Positions 1-14,880 of a stretch of DNA of 64,000 nt are shown piece after piece. Each line of letters opens with the position of its first letter. The stretch's first letter is position 1. Under the pieces are notes generated by a model. It saw nothing but the letters and a program-made list of their open reading frames with translations, was not told where the DNA came from and did not search any database. Source of the DNA: Felis catus (Eukaryota); assembly GCF_018350175.1 (NCBI RefSeq), contig NC_058368.1, forward strand, positions 46,812,001 through 46,876,000, written 5' to 3'. The translations under genes were made by a program, and so were the position numbers.

Positions 1-2159
1 GGGGGGTTGCGGTGGTATGTTAAGAAAAATGCTCTTTTGTACATACAAAGTAAAATGTAGTAGGGAGGGGGCCTAGAACACAGAGGGGATGTGAGCAGGT
101 AGTAGAGATGAGACAGTGCTAGCTAGGCTCCCAAGGATAAGGTCCAGCAATTGAGAGCAACTGCCCAGGTTGTGGCTATCATGTACCCCCAATCAAGTGC
201 AGTATCCTTGAGCAGCTGTCCCCAAATGCATCAGTTCCAAAGTCCACTCCCTCCTTGGCTTTCACTCTGTGTTTCAGCTCACTTACCTAATGATTTCAGA
301 AATGTTCCTTGACATACCAAATATGAGGGGAAGGCACCTTCATTGCTTCAGCCAGGAATCAGAAGAAGGCTCACGAGCCTGCTTCCTCCTCCATATTCCA
401 AACTTCTCTTAGGAAGTCTAAATCTACAGTTTCCTTGGGCATATGCAGAATATTGGTGCCCAGTGCTTTGCAACTTGCTCATTGCATTAGCTGGGTACAT
501 TTGAAACATTATTCCTTTGTAATATTCCCAAGCGCTCAATCAACTTTCTAGGTCAATCTGTTTTCCTTCAGTCATCAGCAATACACTTTAAGTTTCTTAA
601 CTTAAGCATCTCTTGAAAAACAACTGAATGATAAGTGATACTTCTTATTTTGCAAAAGATGACAAAGATTTACAATATTTTCTTTGTATAAAAAATTTGA
701 TTTTATTTTTTTACCATACTGTATAGTTGGAGTACCAGAAAATGTATTTTGGGCATAAGCAGAAAATTACAGTCTACATTTTTATATTCAAGTATATCAT
801 TAATTTAGAGAATTTATAAATCACTCTTACCCAGTTACCAACGTTTGTTGCCTGCATATTATAGACTACATTTCTAGATGTCCCATTCTGCAATTTTCAG
901 CCCTTTCTTCTGTATAACAATAAGTGATAAGAGATAATAATTTTTGTTAGGAGGTGCTAGAGGGCTTCAACATAAACCCCACAGAGAAGGCAATCTTAAA
1001 ATGTATCATCTAAGACATCTTCAAAATTGGAATATTAAGACAGATAGCAGATAGCTCTTCAGGGTGAGTGCTAATGCCTTTGCAAGGTTTTGTTATTCCA
1101 TTTATGGGATTGGACAATGACTGATGGAGCTGGTGAGAAAAGAGCTCTTAATAACCCTGGAAATTCAGCCCCTTTCTTCATCCTAACTGATGTGCATAGA
1201 GTGAGACACCTTATCGTAACATTTAGTGTGCACGTGTCTGTGTGTACATGTACATGCACACAGTGCACATGTGCCCCGTAAAGGGCAAGGACTTTTGCAC
1301 TCATAAGTAAGTATGCTTTTTTGTTCTGTTTATGTGATTGTTGCTTCAAAACGAACCGATAGACATCTGGCATATGAATATTGAATGCGGATTGTTTCAA
1401 TCAATATCACCAATGTCCTGCAGAGAAGCACACAAAATGGAGGATCTGTTTATTTCCAGGGCAGAGTCTATAATCAGTTATTTACCTTTTTGCTTTAGAC
1501 TAGATTCATAGTGTTTTGTGCTTCGAGTTTTCATTTAATCAGATTATTAATCTCTTACTGACAAGATGATGTTCTGAAATTTGAGATATTTGTGTCTGCT
1601 TGGTAAAACCTTACAATTTTTAACTAAAACATCTATGTGCAAAAGATCAGGGTCAGACAAGGTCATATAATCTACAGAATCAGAAAAAGTAACAGCTTCA
1701 GAAACCCAAGGTTATCTCCTTTGCCCAAGACAATATCTTCTGTATTTGCTACTGAGATGTGAAATTCTTTAACGAGAGATTTATTTGTCTTTAGTTTAAG
1801 TCTTTTATTTTGCAGAGAAAATGCAAATCTTGTTTAAGAGGTATATATTCTTCCACATGCACTTTAGCTTAAATAAGCCAAAGGTACTGTTTTAAGAGTA
1901 GATATGAATAGGTATTAATCTACCATGTCCATGGATTATTAAAACAGAGATGATAACACCCACTCCGTAGGGATGGGAATGGGTTGGGACAGAGCCAAGA
2001 CTTTAGTGTACTAGGGATGTGGGGAAGACCTGCCTTTATTTACTCATTCTACAATTATTTATCAAAAGCCCATTATGTAATAGGCATTATGCTAAGCTCT
2101 TGGGATACAAAAATAAACACAATAAATGCCTTCCCTGTCCCAAACAGAGCATATTGTCA

Positions 2160-2641
2160 AGTATATTGGTTTCCTCAGTCTGTGGTAAAAAAAAAAAAAA
2201 AAAATTACCCCAACTTCAGTGACTTACAACAACAGAAATTTATTTTCTCGCAGTTCTGGAGTCTAGAAATCAGAAATCATAGTGTCAGCAGGGCCAGGCT
2301 CCCTCTGAAGCCTCTAGGGGAGAATGCTTCCTTGCTTCGTCCAGTGTCTAGTATCCCCAGGTATTCCTTGGCTTGTGGCCATATAAATCCAATCTCTGCC
2401 TCTATCTGCGCATGAACTCTCTTCCTCCATTTGTCCCTGTCTTCCCTCTGTGTCTGTGAGTACTCTCCTCTTCTTATAAGTATACCAGTCGTTGAATGTA
2501 GGGTTCATTCTAAATCCAGGAGGAGTTCCTCTCCAGATCCTTAACTGATTATATCTGCATAGATGCTATTTCCAGAAAAGATCACATTCTGACATCCTGA
2601 GTGGAGATGAATTTTTGAAGGACACTAGTCAACCCCCTACA
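2160..2641 (-). mobile_element. MaLR solo LTR (MLT1B/C-like)
   Basis: Typical MLT1 text: acaacagaaatttattttctcgcagttctggag...ctctgaagcctctaggggagaa...gacactagtcaacccc. Confidence 0.8.
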
Positions 2642-5600
2642 TGAAGGGAGTTTTAATATAGACTAATGCCAGGAGAGGTGATAAGGGCTGCATGAGAGGG
2701 GTGAGGAGGAAAGTGAAGAGTATTTTAGGCAGTGAGCATTTTGGAAAGACCCAGAGGAAAGAATGTGCAGTGGTTCTCAAGAATTTCAGTGTGGTGGGAA
2801 CTCATGAGAGCATCTGACAAGGGAGGAATTAGAATGGGAAAAAGTGAAGATTGTTTTTAAAAGAGAGGCAGTTCCTGAGGATGTGAGGAGTTTTGTTTTT
2901 GTTTTTGTTTTTCCCTGAGATAAACAGGCAGCTATGGTAGGGTTTAAGTGGGATACCATTGTTCTGTTTACATTTGTGTTTCAGGAAGGTGACTCTGGAT
3001 GTGTGCAGAGTGGGAGGGAAAGAGAGAAGACTGGACACAAAGAGACTTAGGAAGATGTATGTCACACCTTATGGTGGCTCTACACTCAGCATCTGACCTC
3101 TTCTCAAAGTGTTGCACCCAGACCTGGCCAAGTGTTGGGCAAAGGGTTCAAGTTAGTATACTGACACTGAACTCATAGTTTTATCCTTGAGAGAAATGAC
3201 AAAAAAAATTCCAACAGTTTGGTGTTCACCAAATGAGCAGAGGCACCATACATTCCTGGGGCATCAATCCATTTTCCTGTTCTTTCTCCAGCCATATTAT
3301 TTAACCTGCCCTACAACTCTGAGAGCTACCTTTGATCTCCATAAAGGGTTTTGCTTAAGAAAGTTCAAGGCATTTCTCTTGCTCGCAGTAAAGATGCCCA
3401 AGTGAAACACCTCTTTTGGCCAAAGGATGACAGTGACATACACCTGAGTGGGGAGCTGAAGTAATGTAGATGGGTTTGAGCAATACCCTGGAAGTAACAC
3501 TGTTAGGACTCGGTGATGGATTAGAAGCGGGGTCTTTAGTGAGTGGAGTCCGTAATGAAACTCAAGTTTCTAATGCGACACTCTCTGTGAACAGCGGAAC
3601 CATTAACTGAGGTAATACACAGCAAGAGAAAGCTGGATAGAGAATTCATTGCATTCAGTTTCAGACAAATGAATTTGAAGTGCCTACAGAACGTCCAATT
3701 GAAGATGACCCAAAAGCATTTTGAATATAGATCTGAAATTCAGGACAGAAGCCCACGTAGGAGAATATGTTTCTGAGGATATTAATCCACAGGAGCTGAA
3801 GCTGGTATCATAAATACAGCAGACAACTGTACTGAATGACCAGGTCTTAAATAGTCCTCTCTTCTCATCTCTTGAATTTTCAATCACTTGTTGCTGTTTA
3901 ATAGTTTCTTTTTCATGGGTACTTTTTTTTTAATCTCTCAACACTTAGAGTCAAAAAAATATCTGCAAGATAAGTAATATAAACATGGATTGGATAAATT
4001 CATTTTCTTTCCCCTTCTCTGGGCCCACATCAATTTTCTCTGGAATATGCCTATTATTTTCAATATCTGTTAAGTCTGGACATTCCTTGCTGCATTTCTA
4101 TTGTCTGTTTATTAAGTTTGAGATCCATGAGAGTTGGAACATTGTTTTTCTTTTCTTATTTACTTCCAAACTGAATCTATCAAAGTGTAAAGCACTTAAT
4201 GGGCATTCACATGTTTATCGATGACAATTTTAATGTGGAAGGGTTACCGAGTTGAAATAGACACCAGAAGAAACACAATATGACTTAAATTTCCTAAGAT
4301 TTTAATTATAATTATATAACACAAAAAGGAAGTGAAAAGAGACATGGAACACAAATATGATTAGTGGATCATTTTGCTTTCTTTTGTAAATAACTTTTCA
4401 TGCACAATTACGCTTACACCTGCATGGACTAAATTAATTTTTCCATGTGGATGGGTAAGGAACGATGAGTACCATCTGAGAAATGCTCTTCCATTTCAAG
4501 CCCAGATTGCGTTATGCTATCTAACTCAGAATCAGAAGGGGTAGGAGAGGAAGCGGTGTGAGAAGATTTCTCTGTATAATTTTGCTTTAAATCTCTAATT
4601 TTGTGCATTTTGTGTAAGCATCAGAAATATAAAACTGCAGGCATCGAGAATGAATTTTCTCTTCGCTCAAAGCTAGCTTTACTTTTTCTGATCTTTCTGC
4701 CTGGGCTTAGGTTGGTGATTATAACACTTAGCCACATGAATCATTTTCTTCATCTTCAAAGAGCAGTAGGAACATTAAATAATTATTCCTCACAATTCTT
4801 CTGGAAGGTAGGTATTTTTGTTCCCATCCCATTTTCCAGACCTGAATACTGAGGGACAGAAGCCAAGCAGGTGTGCCAGGATCCCAAAAGATTAAGTAAT
4901 AACAACCTTTTGACTCTAAACCACCTTTTCTCTCTCCCTTTTGGTTTTCCCTACGGACTTTAAGATATAAGAAAGAGATGGGGGGGGGGTGGCGGGAATT
5001 GTAAACTCTGTGATGTTTTCAAAGGAAAGAAAGGATTTCACACCTTTTTAACTGCCATTCAGCTGCAGGTAAAGAATTTAACAGCTTTCGGAGTGCTAAT
5101 TAGAGCCCATTATAACTTGATTGACCTGCATTGGCTGTAGCACTTCTCCTGTCCTTGCTAGATGGAGATTTTGCTTCTTTGCAGGGCTCTGATTCAGGGA
5201 ACTCAGTTTTCTGACTCCAGGAGCAGTGATAATTCCGAGGCAGCAATCAGAAGTGGGCTGCGTAAATCAATATTTAAAATGGAATTTTCCCTTTGCATGC
5301 CTTGGGAATAATAAGCAACCGATCCTGTTCAATACTTCCAGTGGCCCAAGTGTTTTCACACTTACATGGGGATACAGAAAGTGGAGGTTCATTATCTGTC
5401 TTAACTTCTTAATTAACAAAGTCAAAGAATATCCAAGAAACAAAATACCTGTATTTGGCCTTTGTGGCTTTTGCTATTTACTATTTGCATAAGAAATCAA
5501 GTATGTATATTTACAAGGTAAATGCTTTGTACTCAAGTGACAAAATTAGCTTTTCTGGATAAGTACATATTTGGGTGAAAAGTGTTTTCTTTTTGCTTGA

Positions 5601-7265
5601 TTCAATGGTTTTCTTGATGACTAAGAGAATGTTCCTCTGTCTTTGATAATTGAATTTAATATTGTGTATATACTTATTCCCTTACCCTTAGTCTACTCTC
5701 AAATTTCTAATTGCTTATTGCACAGAAACTTACTGTGTGAAAAGGCACTCCTTTTTCATCCACCCTCTTCCTGCCTGCAAACAATTCTCCCATTTCCTCC
5801 ACTTTCATTTCTTGTTGTTGTTGTGAAAACATCTTCTTTTTTTAAGTTGAGTTACAATCGACATATAACATTATGTTAGTTTCAGGTGTGCAACATAATT
5901 TGATATTTGCATATATGGCGAAATGATCACCACAGTAAGAACTAACATGTGTCACATCCTCCACTTCTAACTTGCTAATTACTTCCAAGTCTTTAGCTAA
6001 ATATTTGAATGGATATTAAAAATTAACACTAGAAAATACCAAGGTCTTTTTTAACTACTTTCTTTCTCTTTCACAACCTTCTCCCCAGACCTACATCTTG
6101 CTTTTATAAGTGCTGTCCTTAAAGACACTGTTCTCATTCACCTCTGTCCCCTTACTACTCAGGATTGTACTAGGAGCTCAATAAATATCGGTGAAAACTA
6201 AATAAGCAAGTTGTGTTTCCTACTGTCACCTTAAGGGCTCCATTTCAGTCAATCCGCTTGCCACCTGTACACATGGTATTAATTTTATGGTATTAATTAA
6301 TTGTCATTCAACTTCATCAATCAGTATAGGTGTTTGTGATCTCGGCATTGAGGACAAAGGAAGAAAGAGACTCAAACAGGTGCAGTCAAATACATGCCGT
6401 CTTGAGATATTTGACATCATTTATCAGCTAAGATAACTTAAAAATAGTGTATTCCTTTCTCCATATATTTCAGACTGATGGTATGCCTCTTTGCCACTAT
6501 CCATCCAGTGAAACCAATTAATATATAATTTACCTATGTTCATCTTTGTCCTGAGGTGAATTTGGGGACTATAAAGATAATAATATCAAGTTGTTTTTTT
6601 AATAACTAAGAAAAATAAGGCAAAAAGAAGTATAGACAATTAAGGGAGCATCAGTGGTAAAGTTACTATATGGAATGTGTGCTGTAATGATGGCCTTCAC
6701 ACTTGCAAGAAATGAGCCTCCTGACCGCCAATCTAGAGTGACACCCAAATCCTCATTGTGTTTCTGAGTTCGTCTACTACTTTATTTCCAATTTCTTGTA
6801 TTCTTTTCTTGGGGGCTTAGTTTTGAGGAACTCATCAGAGCACTGTAGTTAAGAGTCGTAGGACATGGTGCTCTTAAATGCAAAGTACAAGGGATAGAAT
6901 TAGACAATTCCTTCACTCAAGTAGCTGCACACCTCCTCCTCTGTCCAAACATATACACATACTCTCTCAATGGATATATTTTATATTATCAAATTAGTTT
7001 TAAAACTCATGACATTTTTTAAAGTGCCCAATTTACATCATTCGAAGGCAAATTTGAATTTTTAGGAGACAACCAAAACTCATCTTGAACCTTGGATAAT
7101 AGTTATTTGATCAAAACAAAATGCAGCTATGAAGCAATGAGAATGTTTTCTTTCAAAAGTCAGCTCAGAAAATAGTTCCAAATAGTTCCACAAATTACTG
7201 TATATGAACACTCACTATAGTAAATGTGTAGCTTTCTAGCTTGACAGTTTGGAAGAAAAACTTAA

Positions 7266-7490
7266 GAGGCTCCTGGGTGACTCAGTTGGTTAAGAGTCCA
7301 ACTCTTGATTTGTGCTCAGATCATGATCTCACTCACCGTTGTGGGATTGAGCCCCACATGGGGCTTCACACTGAGAGTGGAGCCTGCTTGGAATTCTTTC
7401 TCTCCCTCTCTCTGTCCGTCCCTTGCTTGTGCTTTGTCTCTCCTTCTTTCTCTCTCTCTCAAAATAAATAAGTAAACTTGAAAAAAAAAA
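7266..7490 (+). mobile_element. CAN-SINE (older subfamily)
   Basis: tRNA-like head ctgggtgactcagttggttaag, (CT)n region, aataaa and poly(A). Confidence 0.9.
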
Positions 7491-9617
7491 CCTGTGGGTT
7501 TTTTTTTGGGGGGGGGCTGCATGTGTATACACTTGTAATAATCTACAATCACTATACTACAATCACCCCTGCATCCAGCTTGCTCTAGCTACACATTAGC
7601 ATTGTTACATTTGTTTGTTGCTTTGTAGGATGTTTAGTTTATTTGCTGTACATCTCGTAAATTCTCACCCAAGTTTTGAAACTTCAGTATAAATAGTCCA
7701 TATGGTGGTTTTGAGCATTAAATTAGATCACGAACGTCCACGTCTCTTTTTTTAAACTGTATGAGAAGGTTGGTTATTAATATCATTATTATTTTGTATC
7801 TTTTCCATGAATCCTAGTACAAAATGAACCATCACTGCATATTCAATTTGTTGACTGACCCAGTGGCAGTGCGATTAAGATTACTTTTAAGTTTTTGGTA
7901 TTTAGTGGTGATTCTTCTATTGACAATTTGCTCGTGTATCACTTCAAAGGGCAAGAAAGGTTTTCCTGGCACTAAAAATGAGCTCATGACTTTCAATCCT
8001 CCACTATTCTTTCTAACTGATCATGTTGCACTCTATTGTATTTAAACAAATATACAACTTCCCCTGAAGGATAAAAAGTCGCTTTAAGGAAAACTCACAC
8101 ACACCAGAGTGTAAACTTGAGCCAGCATATGAGAGTTTCATTTGCTTTGGTATGTAAAGCAAAACTATATGCTTTGATGTTAAGAAAGTTGCCCTAATGA
8201 CTGGCAATTATGAATAACTATCATTTGATAGTAAATCTTCCACGTGGTATTCTCACATTCAGGACCAAATTCTTTCTTCGTGACTCCCATATGTTCCTGA
8301 GAGCCAGGCTGCAGCCAGCCAGAGTTAGAAGGGTTTAAGATAAGAGGAGGTTTTCTGTTTCCTTCTTTTCAATTACTAAAGAATACAAAAGGGAAACAAA
8401 TGTGTATTATTTTCTTGTCCCCAAATTTAAAATTATAGATTTAAAAAATCAACATCAAATTGAAAGCAAGAAAATGGTAACAGAATTGAATCCTGGGGCC
8501 GTAAAGAAATATCTTCCCCAAACTTTCCTAATATTGTGATATTTCTTTATAATCAGAAGTTATAATTGAAAGGTATAATTATTAACCCATTTCCTTTCTT
8601 AACCAGGCTCTAGTCCTTCATTGCTGCCATCCAAAGCTCACCTACCTAGTGTTTTCCTACCACTTTTCTTCTCTCTTTTCTTTCCCGTAGGTTCAGCAGG
8701 GACATCTTTTTTCAACTTGCCTAACTTGCACTTAAAGATCCTGTCATGTTCTCTTCCTCCCTAAAGAACTGTCAAGCAGATCTCACACAAAATATCCAGG
8801 AAAGGAAAGGTGTACGTGTTACTTTTTTCCACCCGTTTTACTTACTTTGAAGTTCTTTTGGACCCTAAGGTCATAGGGATCAAACTAAGGCTCTAATATG
8901 CTCAATTCTATTAACCTGTACTGAGAGTTAATTCATCTTCTGAAAGTACTTGACTTGATTCCAGGGAGTAATTTATATTAAGGTAGTATCTGACTGAATT
9001 TAAAAAAGGAAAGAGAGAGAGAGAGATTGTAGAAAGCAGTGAAAAAAACACTTGTATGGATGCATTTTATTTAATTGGTTCTTTCATTTAACATTTAAAA
9101 CAGAAGTGTCGTATAGTATAAATTCATTATCTCATTAGGGTTTCCATGTTATGTAGGCACGCGTCATTTTTGTCCCACTTCTTCTTTTACTTTAAAAAAA
9201 TTGCATTTTTTTTTTTTTTGCCTTTTTGGCTTTTGCATTACAGGCTATGCCATCCAAACTTGAAACTTCTCAAAATCTTACCGTCTCTTCACTCTGACTA
9301 CTCCTATAATTTTTGGCATAACATTCCATGATTGGTTTTCAAATTTTTATTTTCCTACACATATCCCACCTCATGGCTTTCTCACTACCAGTACCCAAAG
9401 TTCAAGTCATTCACCATAGATATTAGTGTATTTTAAGTCACATCTAACAAAGCAACTGAATCACCTGTATGTGCGCAATCATTTCAATAGCATTTTATAC
9501 TGGTTACCTACACGGCTAATTATTTCAGGTATCTCAAAGACTGGATTTGAATTTTAATGTGACTCAACTATATAATATTCCTGGCCAAAATTCTATTCTG
9601 GTAAACCCATGTAAACC

Positions 9618-10350
9618 TGTGATCAGCCAAGGATCAACCAGAGAAGCAGAACCAGTGACAAGTGGCTTGGATGGTTAGATAGATTTATTACAAGGAATAG
9701 TCTTACAAGGAATAAATCACTGTATAAATAGATAGATTTATTACAAGGAATAGACTGCAAGCCTGCAGTCTGTAAGACAAGCATTCAAGACAGTAAGATC
9801 ATGAGCGGGATAGAACACCCAAAAGATGAAGCTTAGACACACAGTGGGGTGTCAAGAAGAGAAGACCATTAGCGGGATGGAATCCTAGAAGCATGAATGG
9901 AAGCTTGGAGTCCGATCTCAGGGAAGCTTAACCTTCTTTTAAAGGGCGTCACTTACTTAAACATTATGGACTTTAGTGAGGGAGCTGTAAGAGATGGGAT
10001 AAATAAAGGAAAATAAAATAGAAAGCAAATTATGAAATATTACATCAAAAATTATAGTGAAAGGTCAGAAAGATCATAAAGTTAAGTCAGCCCCTTATAA
10101 TTAATTTATGGACAGTTGATTAGGGGCTCTTAATTATACCTACAAAGTCCTTTCATAGCAGCATCTAGGTTAGTATATAATTGAATAACTGCGTGTGTAT
10201 GCCACAAAATGGCTGCTGTTTCCCTTCCGTCCTCTGGCAGCTCTGGGAAAATGTCCTTCTTAGTCTGCCCTAACTGGAAACATGCCAGAAAGGAAATTCT
10301 GTAGACTGTAGTTCAGCCCAGCCAGGTGGACACATCACAAAGTCATCATA
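9618..10350. mobile_element. ERVL LTR (MLT2-like)
   Basis: ccagagaagcagaaccag...gatttattacaaggaa start and cccagccaggtggacacat...catcata end resemble MLT2. Confidence 0.6.
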
Positions 10351-10479
10351 GTCTTTAGGAATAAGTTTAGACCAGATGCTGCTTTGTAGCTCTGTTTATG
10401 GTTTATCCCTAATAAACAAATGCTCATCAAAAGTCATGGGAAAAATGACCGTTTGTTGATCGTAACTGGATTTTGCTGA

Positions 10480-10710
10480 GTGAGTACTTACTGTGGTAGG
10501 CATCATTTTAAATACTTTAGGTGTATTAACTCAAATTTCCTAACAACCTTATGAGGTAAGATCCTATTATTATCCCCATTTTCAGATGAGGATACTGATG
10601 CACAGATAGGTTAGGTAACTTGCCTAAAGTCACACAGCTTGTAAGTGACAGAGCCATTTGTGAATATAGAGAATATAGCTCTAGAGTCCATTAGCTTTAC
10701 CAGTATGCTA
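10480..10710 (-). mobile_element. MIR SINE
   Basis: MIR core attattatccccattttcagatgaggatactga...aggttaggtaacttgcctaaagtcacacagct. Confidence 0.85.
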
Positions 10711-12670
10711 TGCTGAAGCATCAAAAATGCCTTGAATTTTCAAATTTTGTCAAACAGAATTTTGATGTCCTATTCAGCCGTAATTATTAGACTATAATAC
10801 TTAGCTCATTTCCTATATAATAAGATGCCCAGTTAGGATAAGAGTTCATCTTTGCTTTTCTACTAAACCCCTCTGGTTCCCCCCTCCCTGCAAAAAACTA
10901 TGAACTGTTCCATTTTGTCACCTATCTGGGCACAGTGAGCACAGTTAGTTAGGAAAATGCTCCTCAAAGACCAGAACAAGTCTGTCTTGTCTTTGGTCTG
11001 CAAGGACAGGCACAGCTCACACTGTCTTGAATCAGACTTGGTTCCCTGCTGGGTGAAGAGCACTTTCTATTACACGCAGCCCGTCCCAACAGAGCCACAT
11101 GCAAACATGCAGTGAAGGATGAAGGAGGCATCAATAAACTGAAGGATTTTAGTGAAACCACTTACTGTAAGTGCGACAGACTTGGATGGGGTGGGTGACA
11201 GTGCAAAGTACTCTGAAAAATCGCTGGCTCCTACTGTTTTATCTCACTCACACTGGAGTTATTCCTGAAAATGAAAATACTTGGTAAGGCCAAGGATTTC
11301 CTTCCACAAGGCTTGCAGCTATTAAGGAATTGAAAAATGGGGGTGTCATTAGGCAGAGACTTAAAGGGGGGGATCAGTCCAATCACTGTATATCATATTA
11401 CCAGGATATACAAAGATTACTCTAATCCTTAGCACATCAATTAACAGCCAACCTGTCTTTTTTGTATTTTTTTTTATGGAAGCAATATTCACAGTTGATG
11501 TCTGAGTTCTTAGACAGTAAAAAGCTTGCCATAAAATAGGAGATGTTAGGGGCTTCTTATGGAATAATGGAAAAATGGAAATTAGTGTCAAAATGATGTC
11601 ATGGCTTCAAAACATTGTTGGTACAAGTGCCTGACAGCCATCCTTGACACACTCTATAATGACATAGTAAGAAAGCAAAAATAATGTGACAATGACTTTC
11701 TATAGGACTTATGAAGAATGGTTGGGTGCTGCACTCCATATGCTGATCTCGAGGAGAAGATACATTTCCTCCATAAGACATCAATATTTATGAGATTTAT
11801 TGATTATCTTGTCATGTTTAAAATATGTGCTTAACAGTATATTTAGGGGTCAATTGGAGTCACAGGGACACAGCATCATCTGCAAACATGACAAGAGCGA
11901 CCGTGTCATTCTTTGTCAGTTCTTACTAGTTCTCTCGAAGAAAATAAATCATTACAAATTTAAAGTAATCCTCACAGAGAAAACACCAAGGCAAAAAGTT
12001 TTTATGGATAAGATTAACTAAAATATCAAAAAATATAGATTAATCCCATATAAACTCTCCCAGTAAACTTCTTCCTTAAGAGTATTATTATTATTGTATT
12101 AATTTGGAAGGTCCTGTCTTTACTGCAGATTGTTTCACCATGTAAACCATCAAATCATATAACTGGAGAGGCGGATGAAACTTCAGCAGTCACGTAGCCC
12201 CACTTCTTCAGGATGAAGGGTTTACTCAGTATCATAGCTCTAGTTAGTGATGGAACTGCTGTCTGTACTTCTAACCAGCATGGAGTCACTTCTTTTTTAT
12301 GCTAAGTTAAATCCAGTTAGAACTGCATTTGGCAGCAAGTATTGTATCAATTACCAAGAAATAAGCAGTTCTACACTGTTGTGCAAATTACCAATGACCT
12401 TGAGGGTCCACACCCCTTCCAGCTCTCCCTAGTTCGCTTGTGGCTTTGGACCTTATAGTAGACAGAAGGCTGGTGTTCCCAGAAGAAGGAAGAAAGAAGG
12501 GAAATGGACTGAACAAACAGATGTCAACTCTGTCAGATCTCAGTCATATGGCCTCCTCTGGTTTCAGCTGAAAATTTTACCTTTTACAGCTTCATAATAA
12601 AGATAACAGGGCAGAAAGGGATTGAAAATGGAGGTTAGGACCAACAACTAACAATGTCTTCCCTACTAAT

Positions 12671-13060
12671 TGCTATGGACTGAATGGTGTCCCCCAAAGT
12701 TCATATGCTGAAGCTTTAATCTCCACCCACCCCCCCGACCTTTCAACTGTACTAGAGATAGTACCTTTAAGGAGAGGACTAAGGTTCAATTAGATCATAA
12801 GAGTGAAGCCCTAATCTAACAGAAACTGATACCTTTATAAGAGGAGGAAGGAGCACCAGAGTTCTCTCTCTGCCATGTAAGGACACAGTGAAAAGACAGC
12901 TGTTTGCAAGCTAGGGAGAGGGCTCTCACCAGAAACCAAAGCCTGTCAGAACCTTGATCTTGGACTTTCCAGACTCCAGAACTAGGGGAGGATAAATTTC
13001 TGTTGTTTAAGCCACCCAGTCTAGTATTTTGTTACAGCAGCCCAAGTGGGCTAATAAATA
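12671..13060 (+). mobile_element. MaLR solo LTR (MLT1A-like)
   Basis: tgctatggactgaatggtgtccccc start; ttgatcttggactttccagactccagaact...tttgttacagcagccc end. Confidence 0.85.
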
Positions 13061-13528
13061 CAGTGTCATACCCCAATATGGACGTCCACTCATTTAACAA
13101 GAATTTAGGACACCTATCATGTTGTAATCACCAGACGCATGCAGGAATTGAGATGAACATGATACAGGTCTATCTAGTATGCAGGTAGCAGGGCTAATAA
13201 ACAACAAAATAAGTGTGTGATAATTGTTTCATAGGTAATTACAGAGTGTTATTGGAATACAAAGGGGAGTAAACAAAATCTTCACCCAAAAGCCTAACAG
13301 CACAGCTTCAAAGAGGGTTTCTAAGAGTGTTTAACCTCTGAACAACAGGCTAGTTACTTAACCTCTCTAAATTTCAGCTATGACGATGAAGATAAAAATC
13401 AAATCAATTGCATATATTTATTGGCTCAATTTAATGAGATAAACCATGTAAACAAGATAATGAGGTATATCACAGTACCTGACATTTGGAAAGCATTTTT
13501 TAAAAGAATATAATCAGATCAACTAAGT

Positions 13529-13975
13529 CAGGGGTCATCAGACTTTTTCTGTAATGGGCCTGATAATAAATATGACAGGCTTTGCAGGCCATACTATCTC
13601 TGCCACAGCTGTTTGACTCTGCCACTGTAGTGTGAAGTCAGCCAGAGACGATACATGAACAAATTAGCATGCTATCTTCCAACACAACTTTATTTATAAA
13701 AACAGGCAATGAGGGGCGCTTGGGTGGCGCAGTCGGTTAAGCGTCCGACTTCAGCCAGGTCACGATCTCACGGTCCGTGAGTTCGAGCCCCGCTTCAGGC
13801 TCTGGGCTGATGGCTCGGAGCCTGGAGCCTGTTTCCGATTTTGTGTCTCCCTCTCTCTCTGCCCCTCCCCCGTTCGTGCTCTGTCTCTCTCTGTCCCCCC
13901 AAAAAATAAATAAACGTTGAAAAAAAAATAAAAAAAAAACAAAACAAAACAGGCGATGAACCAGATTTGACACAT
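13529..13975 (+). mobile_element. MER58A-like hAT MITE split by a SINE
   Basis: caggggtc...tttttctgtaatgggcc...ctctgccactgtag...actttatttataaaaacaggc matches recalled MER58A. Confidence 0.75.
13713..13945 (+). mobile_element. Young feline CAN-SINE (SINEC_Fc-like)
   Basis: Near-consensus and CpG-rich; TSD aaaacaggc(a/g)atga at 13699-13712 and 13946-13959. Confidence 0.97.
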
Positions 13976-14062
13976 ACTATCACAGATACATAACTGCAAG
14001 TAATTTTAGGCATTATTTTGAGAGATTACTTTGTATTTTGCCTTAGAAATATACCTTTTATC

Positions 14063-14880
14063 ATCAACGAAATGAAAGGCAATCTACTGAGTGGAAGAAA
14101 ATATTTGTAAGTCATATCAGATAAGGGGTTAATACCCAAATATATAAAGACCTTGTAGCAAACCCAACTCAATACTAAACAAAACAAAACAAAAATCTAA
14201 TTAGAAAATGGGAAGAAGACCTGAATAGACCTTTTTTTTCTTTCCCAAAGAAGACAGATGGCCAACAAAGAGACGCATGAAAAGATGCTCAACATCACTA
14301 ATCATCAGGGAAATGCAAATCAAAACCATAGTGAGGTATCACCTCACACCTGTTAGAATGGCTAGTATTAAAAAGATAAGAAACAACAAGTGTTGGTGAG
14401 GATGTGGAGAAAAGGAAACCCTTGTGCACTGTTCGTGGGAATGTAAATTGATGCAGCCACTGTGGAAAACAATACAGAGATTCCTTTAAAAATTAAAAAT
14501 AGAACTGTCTTATAATCCAGCAATTCTACTCCTGGGTATTTATCTGAAGAAAGCAAAACCACTAATTCATAAAGATATATGCCCCCCCCCATGTTTATTG
14601 CAGCATTATTCACAATAACCAAGTTATGGAAACAAGTTAAATGGAAACAGTAGATGAATGAAATAAGATGGAACTTTATTCAACTACTAAAAGTAAGAAG
14701 GAAATCTTGCCTTTGTGACAACATGGATGAATCCTGAGGGCCTTATGCTAAGTGAAATAAGTCAGACAGAAAAAGTTTAAAAACAAACACACAAGCTTGT
14801 GGATGTAGAGAACAGATTGGTGGTTGCCTGAGGCAGGGTGGTGAGCAAAATGGGTGACGGGGGCCAAAAGGTACAAAAAA
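14063..14880 (+). mobile_element. LINE-1 3' fragment (ORF2 end and 3'UTR)
   Basis: atgaaaagatgctcaacatcactaatcatcagggaaatgcaaatcaaaacc; cagcaattctactcctgggtatttatc. Confidence 0.92.

Noticed and set aside
1984..2415. 143-aa ORF
   Set aside because: It runs through L2-like and MLT1 LTR sequence including a poly(A) run.
13713..13800. tRNA-like A/B-box sequences
   Set aside because: These are SINE heads derived from tRNA, not tRNA genes.
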